From contig DASQMX010000005.1 of assembly GCA_035645275.1 (NCBI GenBank), forward strand, positions 33,332-97,331: a stretch of 64,000 nucleotides of DNA. Reading direction: 5' to 3'. The notes beneath the pieces were generated by a model, which saw only the letters and a list, made by a program, of their open reading frames with translations, had not been told where the DNA came from and did no database searches. The position numbers were made by a program, and so were the translations under genes. Shown here piece by piece: positions 19,767 through 29,800 of the stretch; the stretch's first letter is position 1, and every line of letters begins with the position of its first letter. The DNA is from Anoxybacillus sp. (GTDB taxonomy: Bacteria; Bacillota; Bacilli; Bacillales; Anoxybacillaceae).

Positions 19767-21050
19767 TTATTTTACGTCAACATTGCAACTGACGAGTGCA
19801 CCGATGGCGGCTTGCCGTTCGTTCCACGTCATCGGCGGCTGTTCACTCGGAATTTCGACCATGTCGATGGCACCGTCAACTGGACAGACGATCGAACATA
19901 AATTACAGCCTACGCAATCATCTTCGCGTACTTTTAAATACTCTTTGCCATTTTCATCCGTTAAGCGGTCAATGCACTGATGGGAGGCATCTTCACAGGC
20001 GATATAACACTTGTTACAGTTAATACAAACGTCCGTGTTAATGCGGGCTGCCACTTTATAATTAAGATCGAGATTGCCCCAATCTGAGTATTTATGAACG
20101 GATTTTCCGACAAGATCCATGACAGACACAATGCCTTTTTCATCGAGATAATGGTTAAGACCTTCAATCATATCCTCAATGATCCGGAAGCCATGATGCA
20201 TCACCGCTGTACACACTTGAACGCCGGTTGCTCCCATCAGCATAAATTCAACCGCTTCCCGCCAGCTTGATACACCGCCCATGCCGGAGATCGGTACATT
20301 AATCCGCGGATGGCGCGCGCATTCTGCGACCATGTTCAACGCAATCGGTTTGACAGCCGGACCACAGTAGCCTCCATGTGCTCCTTTACCAGCGACGTGC
20401 GGAATGGTGTTCCACGTATCTAAATCAACCCCCGCCAAACTATTGATTGTATTAATCATACTGATGGCATCGGCTCCGCCTTGCACAGCGGCTTCGGCTG
20501 TCGCGGTGATATCCGTAATATTCGGTGTCAGCTTGACGATGACCGGAGTTTGTGCCACTTCTTTTACCCAATACGTTTGCTTTTCAACAAGTTCAGGCAC
20601 TTGCCCTGAAGCGGAGCCCATTCCGCGTTCTGCCATCCCGTGAGGACAGCCAAAATTCAATTCAAGTCCGTCTACACCGACGTCCTCTACCCGTTTTACA
20701 ATTTCGTGCCATTTTTCCCTTTTTGGTTCGACCATAAGCGATGCCACTAATGCTCGGTCCGGAAAGCGCTTTTTCGTTTCATAGATTTCTTTTAAATTGA
20801 CTTCAAGCGGGCGGTCGGTAATTAACTCAATATTGTTAAAGCCGGCGACACGCTGTCCGTTGAAGCTCACTGCAGCGAAACGGGACGACACGTTTAAAAT
20901 CGGTTCGCCGAGCGTTTTCCAAACCGCGCCTCCCCAGCCAGCCTCAAACGCTCTTTGTACTTGATAACCGGAATTTGTCGGCGGTGCCGAAGCCAACCAG
21001 AACGGATTAGGAGACTTTATACCTGCTAAATTAATGCTTAAATCTGCCAT
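19767..21050 (-). CDS. preA: NAD-dependent dihydropyrimidine dehydrogenase subunit (FMN, 2x4Fe-4S)
   Basis: NPFWLASAPPT, ELNFGCPHGM, VKLTPN, GGYCGPAVKPIAL, two CxxCxxC ferredoxin motifs. Confidence 0.95.
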   Translation of the reverse strand: MADLSINLAGIKSPNPFWLASAPPTNSGYQVQRAFEAGWGGAVWKTLGEPILNVSSRFAAVSFNGQRVAGFNNIELITDRPLEVNLKEIYETKKRFPDRALVASLMVEPKREKWHEIVKRVEDVGVDGLELNFGCPHGMAERGMGSASGQVPELVEKQTYWVKEVAQTPVIVKLTPNITDITATAEAAVQGGADAISMINTINSLAGVDLDTWNTIPHVAGKGAHGGYCGPAVKPIALNMVAECARHPRINVPISGMGGVSSWREAVEFMLMGATGVQVCTAVMHHGFRIIEDMIEGLNHYLDEKGIVSVMDLVGKSVHKYSDWGNLDLNYKVAARINTDVCINCNKCYIACEDASHQCIDRLTDENGKEYLKVREDDCVGCNLCSIVCPVDGAIDMVEIPSEQPPMTWNERQAAIGALVSCNVDVK

Positions 21051-21082
21051 TTTCTAGCCCTCCTCTTTTAAAAGTTGTTATA

Positions 21083-22438
21083 TCACGCCGTTTCACTCAC
21101 TGCTTGGGTTAAATATTGATGTATCGCATAGGCTGATTCTTTTCCTTGTTTTGCCGCTGTGACAACCATCGCTTCGCCTTGTCCTTTGCCAAAAATGACA
21201 TCACCGCAAGCAAAAACTTTTTTGTTGGATGTTTGATAGTTTTTCGGATCCACTTTCACCACGCCGCCGTTATGTTCTAAGCCGAATTCCTCAATGAGAT
21301 TAAGGTGACGTGTCTGGCCGATTGCTTTAATAACCACATCTACTGGCATGATAAATTCTGATCCTTCAATTGGAATTGGACGGCGGCGTCCGTCTTGGTC
21401 TGGTTCACCTAACTTCATGCGGATGCATTCAATATGGGTAACCTTGCCGTTTTCATCGCCGATAATCCGCTTCGGAGCGGTTAACCAACGAAACTCGACA
21501 CCGTCTTGTTTAGCAAATTCGTATTCAAAATCATAAGCGGTCATTTCTTCCTTTGTCCGGCGGTATAAAATTTTCACATTTTCCGCCCCTAATCGTACCG
21601 AACAGGTCGCACCATCAATCGCGGTGTTTCCAGCACCAATCACGACGACTTTTTTGCCTACCAGCTTATCGGTCAATTGCTTTGTTTTCGTTTCTTTAAT
21701 GAATTCAATCGCATCGTATACGCCGTCCAAGTCTTCTCCTTCGATGCCCAGCATCGGTACTTTGCCCATTCCAACAGCCAAAACAACTGCATCGTAGCTA
21801 TCTAAAAGTTCCTTAGCGAGAACGTCTTTTCCCACTCTTGTATTTGTGCGGATTTCTACCCCTAAACTTTTGACTTGATTCACTTCCCAAAACGATATGT
21901 TTTGCGGCAACCGGAAAGAAACGATGCCGTACGTATTAAGTCCGCCGGCTTCTTTTTCTGCTTCAAAAATCGTGACCTTGTATCCCATACGCGCCAATTC
22001 TCTGGCTGCAGACAATCCTGCAGGGCCGCTGCCAACGACAGCTACTGTTTTACCGTTTTGCTTTCCAGACTGGAACAACACTGCTTCATTTCGAATCGCC
22101 CAGTCTGTTGCATAACGTTGCAGATTTCCAATCATGATTGGTTTCGTTGAATGATTGAGCACACAGGCTCCTTCGCACAATTCTTCCGTCGGACATACTC
22201 TTGCACAGCTCGCTCCAACAGGGTTCGACAACATAATCGTTTTTGCCGAGCCTTTTAGGTTTCCTGATGCAATTTTTTTAATGAAAGCCGGAATGTCAAT
22301 CCCGGTAGGGCACGCTTTAATACAAGGCGCATCGTAACAATACAGACATCGATTGGCTTCTTCAATGGCTTCCCGATCGGTCAACCCAGGTTCTACTTCT
22401 TGAAAGTTTTTTTCTAAATCGAATAACGATATATTCAT
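21083..22438 (-). CDS. preT: dihydropyrimidine dehydrogenase flavoprotein subunit (GltD-like)
   Basis: EANRCLYCYDAPC, CARVCP..LCEGAC, GSGPAG, GAGNTAID; AAGGAGG RBS before ATG 22438. Confidence 0.92.
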   Translation of the reverse strand: MNISLFDLEKNFQEVEPGLTDREAIEEANRCLYCYDAPCIKACPTGIDIPAFIKKIASGNLKGSAKTIMLSNPVGASCARVCPTEELCEGACVLNHSTKPIMIGNLQRYATDWAIRNEAVLFQSGKQNGKTVAVVGSGPAGLSAARELARMGYKVTIFEAEKEAGGLNTYGIVSFRLPQNISFWEVNQVKSLGVEIRTNTRVGKDVLAKELLDSYDAVVLAVGMGKVPMLGIEGEDLDGVYDAIEFIKETKTKQLTDKLVGKKVVVIGAGNTAIDGATCSVRLGAENVKILYRRTKEEMTAYDFEYEFAKQDGVEFRWLTAPKRIIGDENGKVTHIECIRMKLGEPDQDGRRRPIPIEGSEFIMPVDVVIKAIGQTRHLNLIEEFGLEHNGGVVKVDPKNYQTSNKKVFACGDVIFGKGQGEAMVVTAAKQGKESAYAIHQYLTQAVSETA

Positions 22439-22512
22439 AGCAAACAACCTCCTTTTTCATTTTTAAAAAAGGGAATAGAGTTGGAACCCTAATCCCTTTT
22501 TTAGATGATGCT

Positions 22513-23403
22513 TTATGGCAGGAGCGCCGTCATTTCATTGTAAGTTTCAGGGCGGCGGTCTCTATAAAACTGCCAAGTGTCGCGAACTTCGCGAATCAGT
22601 TTTTTGTTCATTTCGCCGATGACAACTTCATCTTTGTCACGGCTTCCCTTCGCAACAAAATTACCTCTTGGGTCTACTAAATAAGATTGACCATAAAACT
22701 CTCCCATGTTCCAAGGCGCTTCATATCCGACCCTGTTGATCGCACCGACATAATATCCGTTTGCGACGGCATGAGCAGGTTGTTCGAGTTTCCATAAGTA
22801 TTCTGATAGACCGGCTACTGTTGCCGATGGGTTAAAAATGATTTCGGCCCCTTTTAATCCGAGAATTCTCGCACCCTCCGGGAAGTGGCGGTCATAGCAT
22901 ATGTAGACCCCTATTTTGGCGAATGCTGTATCAAATACCGGATATCCTAAATTTCCTGGTTTGAAATAAAATTTTTCCCAGAAGCCATATCCGTCGTTAC
23001 CGACACTAACATGCGGAATATGCTGTTTCCGGTATTTGCCCAAGTACGTGCCATCGGCATCGATCACAGCCGCTGTATTGTAATAAGTGGCAATTCCTTC
23101 TCTTTCATAGATTGGCAGTACAATGACAACCCCTAATTCTTTCGCTAAATCTTGAAATCTTTTTGTTGTCGGTCCGTTCGGAATTTCTTCCGCGGCATCA
23201 TACCATTTTGTATTTTGTTCTGCGCAAAAATAGGGGCCATAAAAAATTTCTTGCAAACAAATGATTTGCGCTCCCCGGTCTTTCGCCTCCTTGACCAGCT
23301 TTATATGTTTTTCAATCGCCTTTTCTTTGTGCACTTCCACTGGTTCATCCCCATGAACATCATGCGATGCTTGGATAAGACCAATTTTTACTTGATCTGC
23401 CAT
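22513..23403 (-). CDS. pydC: beta-ureidopropionase (nitrilase superfamily)
   Basis: CLQE, YRKQHIP, FWEKFYF.PG, ICYDRHFPE triad motifs; first gene of the pyd operon. Confidence 0.88.
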   Translation of the reverse strand: MADQVKIGLIQASHDVHGDEPVEVHKEKAIEKHIKLVKEAKDRGAQIICLQEIFYGPYFCAEQNTKWYDAAEEIPNGPTTKRFQDLAKELGVVIVLPIYEREGIATYYNTAAVIDADGTYLGKYRKQHIPHVSVGNDGYGFWEKFYFKPGNLGYPVFDTAFAKIGVYICYDRHFPEGARILGLKGAEIIFNPSATVAGLSEYLWKLEQPAHAVANGYYVGAINRVGYEAPWNMGEFYGQSYLVDPRGNFVAKGSRDKDEVVIGEMNKKLIREVRDTWQFYRDRRPETYNEMTALLP

Positions 23404-23470
23404 TCTTTAATCCCCCTAATTTTTTTATTTTGAGACTTGGTCATTTATCTTGCTCTATAAACTTATGAAA

Positions 23471-23484
23471 AGTAAGCGCTTTCA
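23471..23484 (-). promoter_or_regulatory. CcpA cre site in the pyd leader
   Basis: TGAAAGCGCTTACT (minus) matches TGWAARCGYTWNCW. Confidence 0.7.
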
Positions 23485-23578
23485 ATCACTTTGAGATACT
23501 AGAAAAATAAACACCTCTCTTTTGTTTATTAATTAAGACAAAAATCATAATTTTAAGAATATTTTACTTAGGAGAGAT

Positions 23579-23638
23579 AAGCTTTTCATTATACAATTTG
23601 TTAAATAAATAAACGTAATTGTTTTTCATTATGTAAAA
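23579..23638. promoter_or_regulatory. candidate PucR-family operator upstream of pydC
   Basis: TTATACAATTTGTTAAA dyad shared with 12125-12141; a second degenerate site follows about 34 nt later in both places. Confidence 0.45.
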
Positions 23639-23819
23639 GTTTTGCCATTCTATGATATGTTAAGAAAAGCAAATGCCTTTGATAACGTTACGAGAGCTTA
23701 GAATATCATTCCATCGTTAATATTTTCTTAAACGCTCTCCTATAGCAAACACAGAGGCTGTTAAACACGAGTGCCGAAGCTTTAAAAAGCTTCAGCACTA
23801 GAGTCTTTTAGACGCTTCT

Positions 23820-25550
23820 TTATAAGGTGTATGCCGGGATCATCCACGGGAACACGTATGCTTGCAACATAACCAATACTCCCATTAAAGCGGCTAAGAC
23901 AATACTATGGAAAAAGACCGCTCGGAATATTGGCCCTACGGCATTAGCACCTTCATTGCGATTCTCATAACATGCAGCTGTTGCTACGACGATACTTTGA
24001 GCATCAATCATTTTTCCCATGACTCCCCCAGTTGAGTTAGATGCGGCAATAAGTACAGGATCTAGTCCCAGCTGATCTGCTGTAATTCTCTGCATACTCC
24101 CGAAGAGAGCGTTGGAAGAAGTGTCGCTCCCCGTTAGAAAGACCCCCAGCCAACCTAGCATTGCTGCGAAGAACGGATACAATACGCCAGTTTTAGTAAA
24201 AGCAAGACCAAGAATGGCATCTAAACCGGAATAACGCGTTGTAAATCCTAAGCCCAAAACCAAAGCAATCGTAATTAATGGTGTCTTCATTCTTTGTGCC
24301 GTTCGAATAATAGCGAGTTTCCATTGTTCTCTGTTCATTCTAAGGAACAAGCCGCTTAGCAGTGCAGCCAGGAACACTCCTGTACCTGCTGCTGAGAGCC
24401 AATTAAAAGAATATATAGCTGCTTCCGGTATTGATTCCGTTGCAAGAGGCGGACTTCGGAAAACAAGCTGGTCTAAAAAAGGAACAGGAATGTTATACAG
24501 TGACTTAATACCGAACACATTTATGGAGTTCAGGAAGTTCTTCCATTGTGGCAGCCCCCACATGAACACAAAGAGTGTAAGAATGGCCCAAGGAGCCCAA
24601 GCCTTGGCTACTTCTCCAGAGCTATATTTAGTTTCCTTTTTCTCAAGTGACTTCATTGCCTCCTCTTCTCCAGGCAGATAAAATTTATTCTTAGGCTGCC
24701 ATATTTTGAGGAGTAATACTAAAGCAAGAATAGAAATGATACCACCTAAAATATCAACAAGCATGGGGCCAACATAGTTGGAAACCACAAACTGAGTGGC
24801 CGCGAAAGAGACACCGGAGACCAAGATTGCGGGCCAAATCTCGATGACTTGTTTCCATTTTCCCTTATGCATGAACACCATGGTTGCAACAAGCCAAAAA
24901 GGTATGATGATGGAGAAAAAAGGAAGCTGGCGCCCTGCCATTGCAGACAAAGCCATTTCTGGAAGTCCAGTGACTTTTGCCAATGTAATAATTGGGGTCC
25001 CTACAGCTCCATAAGCTACTGGAGCCGTGTTCGCAATCAAACAGAGTACAGCTGCCGCCATAGGTCGAAATCCAAGCCCGACCATCAGTGCTCCAGCTAT
25101 AGCCACTGGAGTACCAAAGCCCGCAGCACCTTCGATAAAAGCGCCAAAAGAAAAAGCGATGAGGAGTGTTTGGATGCGTCGGTCAGAAGATAAATGAACA
25201 ACGGATGACTTTACAATGTCAAATTGGCCCGTAACCAATGTAATCGTATACAAAAACATGGCCGCAACAACAATCCAGCCAATAGGCATCATGCCGAACA
25301 AAGAACCGTAACCAAATGCAGCTAAGGTAGATGAAACGGGCATCCCTACTAGCAATATCGCCGTAAGTATAGTGACCACTCCGGCAATAAGCGCAGCCTT
25401 AGGCGCAGAAATTCCGTAATGGGTCCTTCCCATCTTATCTTTATGAGGATGAAAAGCTAGCAAATACAACAATGTCAAAATTGGAATGGCAGCCAACACC
25501 GTGGAAAAAAACGCATTCCCCATCGGGTCATACACTTGATGAAACTCCAT
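23820..25550 (-). CDS. lctP: L-lactate/glycolate permease
   Basis: FGAFIEGAAGFGTPVAI, IANTAPVAYGAVGTP, GSDTSSNALFG, GGVMGKMIDAQS. Confidence 0.9.
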   Translation of the reverse strand: MEFHQVYDPMGNAFFSTVLAAIPILTLLYLLAFHPHKDKMGRTHYGISAPKAALIAGVVTILTAILLVGMPVSSTLAAFGYGSLFGMMPIGWIVVAAMFLYTITLVTGQFDIVKSSVVHLSSDRRIQTLLIAFSFGAFIEGAAGFGTPVAIAGALMVGLGFRPMAAAVLCLIANTAPVAYGAVGTPIITLAKVTGLPEMALSAMAGRQLPFFSIIIPFWLVATMVFMHKGKWKQVIEIWPAILVSGVSFAATQFVVSNYVGPMLVDILGGIISILALVLLLKIWQPKNKFYLPGEEEAMKSLEKKETKYSSGEVAKAWAPWAILTLFVFMWGLPQWKNFLNSINVFGIKSLYNIPVPFLDQLVFRSPPLATESIPEAAIYSFNWLSAAGTGVFLAALLSGLFLRMNREQWKLAIIRTAQRMKTPLITIALVLGLGFTTRYSGLDAILGLAFTKTGVLYPFFAAMLGWLGVFLTGSDTSSNALFGSMQRITADQLGLDPVLIAASNSTGGVMGKMIDAQSIVVATAACYENRNEGANAVGPIFRAVFFHSIVLAALMGVLVMLQAYVFPWMIPAYTL

Positions 25551-25798
25551 ATAACCACTCCTTTAAAACGGTTTTATACGAAGTATATGGGGAAAAATAT
25601 TAGGTTAGCACAATAAAATCTAATATTTTGAATACTATGTAGTAACCATTTATTTTAGCGAAAACTATGATATTCAGTTATGTAATATAACAGATTAACA
25701 TAGAAATTTTGTTTTAGTACTGAAATTCTCAATAGGAATATAAACACAGAAAAAAGATCTTGAATTGAATCAAGATCTTAGTAACTTATTTGGAGATA

Positions 25799-25858
25799 GG
25801 AACCTCTCCCACCTACACGTTGTTTAGAGACGGGAGACTTCTCGGTGAATATGTTAAA
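25799..25858 (-). mobile_element. about 60-nt IS200/IS605-end-derived palindromic element (PATE-like), copy 1
   Basis: Minus strand TTTAACATATTCACCGAGAAGTCTCCCGTCTCTAAACAACGTGTAGGTGGGAGAGGTTC is near-identical to 59977-60035. Confidence 0.65.
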
Positions 25859-26058
25859 CATTTATTTATGATACGGTTCAGCGTAGCAGAGATAATAGTG
25901 TCTCATCACACTAATCGTTATGAAGCTTGAAGAACTTTGTGTATTCTCCTTAAACTACTATTCGTCACGTATGAGTTCGTTTTTCTGAAAAAGACTTTTT
26001 ACATAATAAAGGAAAAGGCCGCATTTCAGCGACCTTTTGGAGAACAGCCTCCCCCTTC

Positions 26059-27486
26059 TTATTTATTTCGATTGAAAATAACAAGCTTTAATTCTGTCAT
26101 TTCTTCGATTGCGTATCGTAACCCTTCCCGGCCTGTTCCGCTTTCTTTCACACCACCATAAGGCATGTGATCGACCCTGAATGTCGGAATGTCATTGATG
26201 AGTACTCCACCGACTTGGAGTTTTTCGACAGCCTCCCAGGCAACGTGAATATTGTTTGTATACACCCCTGCCTGTAATCCGTATCGAGAATCATTCACCA
26301 ATGCTATCGCTTCATCCATTGATGTGACTTTGTTAATTAAGACAATCGGAGCAAATACTTCTTGACAAGATACTTTCATATCAGGCCGAGCATCAAGGAT
26401 AACCGTTGGCAGTAATATATTTCCGCTTCTTTCACCACCTACGGCAACCGTTGCTCCTCCTTGCTTTGCTTCTTCAATCCAGTTTAAAGACCGCTCAACG
26501 TCATGATGAGTAATAAGAGCAGATACATCCGTTTTCGGATCGAGCGGGTCGCCAACGTTTAATTGTTTAGTGGCAGCGATAAACTTTTGTACAAACTCCT
26601 CGTAACGTTTTTCATGCACATAAATCCGTTGCAGCGAAATGCAAACTTGGCCTTGGAAGGAAAAAGCACCAAATACACAGCGCGGAATAATAGAATCAAT
26701 GTCTACATCTTCATCGACAATGACAGCGGAATTGGAGCCAAGTTCAAGGGTTACTTTCTTTAATCCGGCTTTATTGCGGATACCGATTCCCACAGCCGGG
26801 CTTCCTGTAAACGTAATCATGCTGATTCGATCATCGGTAACAAGTTTATCCCCGACCGTTTTTCCGCTTCCTGTTACTACGTTTAATGCTCCTTTTGGAA
26901 GACCTGCTTGTTCAAAAAGCTCCGCAATAAAATACGCGGATAGCGGCGTTTGGCTCGCCGGTTTGAGTACGATCGTATTTCCAGCCGCGATGGCCGGTCC
27001 AAGCTTATGAGCAACAAGATTCATAGGGAAGTTGAATGGAGTAATCGCCCCAATGACGCCAATTGGTTCTCTCACTGTAAAAGCTACCCGGTTCTCCCCA
27101 CCCGGTGCAGCATCCAATGGAATCGTTTCGCCGTGAATGCGTTTTGCTTCTTCAGCGGCAAACTTATACGTCTGAATCGTACGCCCTACTTCCGCTTTGG
27201 CTGTTGTAATCGGCTTTGCTGCTTCAAGAGCTATCATCCGCGCTGCTTCGTCCGCTCTTTCTTGCAGAAGTCCTGCCACTTTTTCTAAAATGGCTGCGCG
27301 TTGATGTGCCGGCATTTTCGCCATGATTTTTCTAGTCTGATAAGCCGCTTCAATGGCCTGATCTACTTCCGATTCCGTCGCTACCGGAATTTCCGCAAGC
27401 GGTTCGCCAGAATAAGGCGATGTTAACGTAGTATACGAAGTCGCTTCCACCCATTCTCCATTGATATACAGTTTCTTTTTTTCCAT
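26059..27486 (-). CDS. aldehyde dehydrogenase (probably succinate-semialdehyde/aminoaldehyde, downstream of gabT)
   Basis: ITPFNFP, FTGSPAVG, LELGSN, FQGQVCIS, EVFAP, YGGVKESG. Confidence 0.85.
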   Translation of the reverse strand: MEKKKLYINGEWVEATSYTTLTSPYSGEPLAEIPVATESEVDQAIEAAYQTRKIMAKMPAHQRAAILEKVAGLLQERADEAARMIALEAAKPITTAKAEVGRTIQTYKFAAEEAKRIHGETIPLDAAPGGENRVAFTVREPIGVIGAITPFNFPMNLVAHKLGPAIAAGNTIVLKPASQTPLSAYFIAELFEQAGLPKGALNVVTGSGKTVGDKLVTDDRISMITFTGSPAVGIGIRNKAGLKKVTLELGSNSAVIVDEDVDIDSIIPRCVFGAFSFQGQVCISLQRIYVHEKRYEEFVQKFIAATKQLNVGDPLDPKTDVSALITHHDVERSLNWIEEAKQGGATVAVGGERSGNILLPTVILDARPDMKVSCQEVFAPIVLINKVTSMDEAIALVNDSRYGLQAGVYTNNIHVAWEAVEKLQVGGVLINDIPTFRVDHMPYGGVKESGTGREGLRYAIEEMTELKLVIFNRNK

Positions 27487-27594
27487 CGTTTTTCCCCTTT
27501 AGCTTAAAAATTTTTCAATTTAATTATATTATCTTGAAGCGGAAATATCAGTAAGATAAACAACAAATCTGTCTACTCTCTTCATATTCACTCA

Positions 27595-28953
27595 TCATTT
27601 GGAATTAATCAGCTCTGTCACGACCTCTGTGATAACATCTAACGCTTCATTGAGTTGTTCATCGGTAATGACAAGTGGGGATAATAACCGAATGACATTC
27701 CCATAAATCCCTGCACTCATGATAATCACACCGCGCTGATGACATTCTTTTAAGATGTTCGCTGTCAATTCGCGATCCGGTTCTTTTGTAGTAGGGTCCT
27801 TTACAAATTCAATCGCAACCATTGCCCCAAGGCCTCTTACATCACCAATGACTGAATAGTTTTTCTGTAACTCTTTGAATCGGTTCATAACGGTCTGTCC
27901 TATTATGTTCGCTCTCTCGATTAAATTTTCCTCTTGGAGCATCTTAATCACTTGTAATGCAGCTACACATCCCAGTGGACTTCCGCCGTATGTTCCACCA
28001 ATTTCTCCCGAATTAGGCGCCTCCATGATTTCTGCTCTTCCTGTTACTGCGCTAATAGGTAACCCAGCAGCAATGGATTTGGACATTGTCATCAAATCAG
28101 GTACGACATCAAAATGCTCAACAGCAAACATTTTTCCAGTACGTCCAAATCCAGTTTGCACTTCATCGGCAATAAAGAGGATACCATATTTTTCACAAAT
28201 TCTCTTAACACCTTGCACAAATGTCTTTGATGGAATAACAAATCCTCCCTCGCCTTGAACTGGTTCCATAATAATCGCTGCTACTTCTTCCGCTGGAACT
28301 TCCGACAGGAAAAAGTCTTCAAGCCTTCTCAAAATCTCAAAATCTAAATCCTCGTTCGTCATTCCTTTTGGTTTTCTATAATAATATGGGTAAGCCATTT
28401 TATACGTATCCGGTGCAAAAGGGCCAAACCCTAGCTTATACGGTTTCACCTTGCTTGTAAGCGACATCGCGAGAAGGGTGCGACCGTGAAATCCCCTTTC
28501 AAAAGAAATAATCGCTCTTCTTCCTGTATATTTACGAGCAATTTTTACTGCGTTTTCTACTGCCTCTGCACCACTATTTAAGAAAAACGTCTTTTTATTA
28601 TGAGTTCCCGGTGTTATTTCATTTAACTTCTCAGCAAGTTCGACATAAGGCTCATACATCATCACATGAAAGCAAGGATGGATATATTTATCGATTTGTT
28701 CTTTTAACGCTTCAACTACCTTGGGTGGACAATGTCCTACATTTAAACTGCCAATCGCACCAGCAAGATCGATAAATGTATTACCGTCGACATCTGTAAG
28801 GAGCGCCCCTTCTCCTTTCGCAGCAAATGTTGGTATTGTATTAAATGGTCCGCGTGGAACATTTCGTTCTTTTTTTGTCAGTAACTCCGTTGCTTTCGGT
28901 CCTGGAATACTTGTTTTTAAATTGATACAACTTCTTTTTATTTTCGTTTCCAT
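27595..28953 (-). CDS. gabT: 4-aminobutyrate--2-oxoglutarate transaminase
   Basis: NSGAEAVENAVKIAR, FHGRTLLAMSLTSKVKPYK, EPVQGEGG, DEVQTGFGRTG, GGTYGGSP. Confidence 0.9.
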   Translation of the reverse strand: METKIKRSCINLKTSIPGPKATELLTKKERNVPRGPFNTIPTFAAKGEGALLTDVDGNTFIDLAGAIGSLNVGHCPPKVVEALKEQIDKYIHPCFHVMMYEPYVELAEKLNEITPGTHNKKTFFLNSGAEAVENAVKIARKYTGRRAIISFERGFHGRTLLAMSLTSKVKPYKLGFGPFAPDTYKMAYPYYYRKPKGMTNEDLDFEILRRLEDFFLSEVPAEEVAAIIMEPVQGEGGFVIPSKTFVQGVKRICEKYGILFIADEVQTGFGRTGKMFAVEHFDVVPDLMTMSKSIAAGLPISAVTGRAEIMEAPNSGEIGGTYGGSPLGCVAALQVIKMLQEENLIERANIIGQTVMNRFKELQKNYSVIGDVRGLGAMVAIEFVKDPTTKEPDRELTANILKECHQRGVIIMSAGIYGNVIRLLSPLVITDEQLNEALDVITEVVTELINSK

Positions 28954-28989
28954 ATACTTCCCCCCATTTTGTATTCATCTTTATATACA

Positions 28990-29006
28990 TGCAAAAAATG
29001 TGCCAA
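28990..29006 (-). promoter_or_regulatory. sigma54 (-24/-12) promoter of gabT
   Basis: TTGGCACATTTTTTGCA on minus, a perfect TGGCAC-N5-TTGCA. Confidence 0.85.
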
Positions 29007-29052
29007 TAAATAAAAACCCCTCTCGAAAGGGGGTTATGATACTTTTTATCCG

Positions 29053-29118
29053 GAAATTAGTCAATCGAGTATAGTTACGGAAGTTAAAAAATACAAAATC
29101 GATTCAAAAATAAATTAA
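29053..29118 (+). pseudogene. C-terminal remnant of a sigma54-dependent activator (TyrR-type HTH)
   Basis: Reads EISQSSIVTEVKKYKIDSKIN*, or ISQSSIV-RKL-KKYKI with a local frameshift, resembling the GISQxxVVRKLKKY tail of enhancer-binding proteins. Confidence 0.5.
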
Positions 29119-29165
29119 AAATTCACTGTTGAATTAAATTGATGGTTATTCATTCATATTTGAAT
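29102..29165. promoter_or_regulatory. candidate upstream activating sequences
   Basis: Three ATTCA-N4-T(G/A)AAT dyads at 29102, 29121 and 29152, between two divergent sigma54 promoters. Confidence 0.5.
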
Positions 29166-29206
29166 CAATCTGACTTATTAACGTTTTATAAATGTCTAAT
29201 TACATT

Positions 29207-29223
29207 TTGGCATAATTCTTGCT
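29207..29223 (+). promoter_or_regulatory. sigma54 (-24/-12) promoter of the agmatinase-remnant operon
   Basis: TTGGCATAATTCTTGCT followed by AGGAGG RBS at 29257. Confidence 0.75.
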
Positions 29224-29266
29224 TCTAAATATCAGTAGAAAAACTTTTATTAATTTAGGAGGTTAA

Positions 29267-29567
29267 ATGATGATATCGAAGACGCAAGAAGACTTGGATT
29301 TGAAGTCATTACATGAAAGAAGTTCGAAAAATTGGGTTTGAAGAAGTAATGAGAAGAATTCACCGTCGTGTTGGCAACAAACCTGTTTTTGTCTCTTATG
29401 ATATTGATTTTGTTGATCCGCCCTACAACAGAGGAGAAATTACAGCCGTATTGGCTTCTTCTATTATTTATGAAATGATCACCCTTGTTGCATTAAAGAA
29501 AAAAGGACACAACTACATAGACGATCTAACGAACAAAAAACACAAATCTAGACTACTGTCATTGTAA
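29267..29567 (+). pseudogene. speB: agmatinase/ureohydrolase pseudogene (large deletions plus frameshift)
   Basis: DDIEDARRLGFEVIT / KEVRKIGFEEV..VGNKPVFVSYDIDFVDP joined directly to PYNRGEITAVLASSIIYEMI; N-terminal two thirds and the APGTGTP segment are missing. Confidence 0.8.
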
Positions 29568-29800
29568 GCGACATGCCAGCTTAGCGACGCTTTGAATGAT
29601 GCTTATCCATTAACCTCACTTAACAATTGGTTACTAAAGGAAAAAGCTTTGTTGGTTTCACTAATTACGCACGTGTAATCATTATCAAACAGAACTCCTG
29701 TAAAAAATAAATTTCAACATTAACAGTGAAATCTATTCATGTATACAACAGCATTCTCCCAGTATAGAATCTTAACATCAAAATCAAGGAAGTGAAGAGT

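Noticed and set aside
19510-19980. 156-aa plus-strand ORF across the IS end
   Set aside because: Antisense to tnpB and preA, spans an insertion junction, no RBS or motifs
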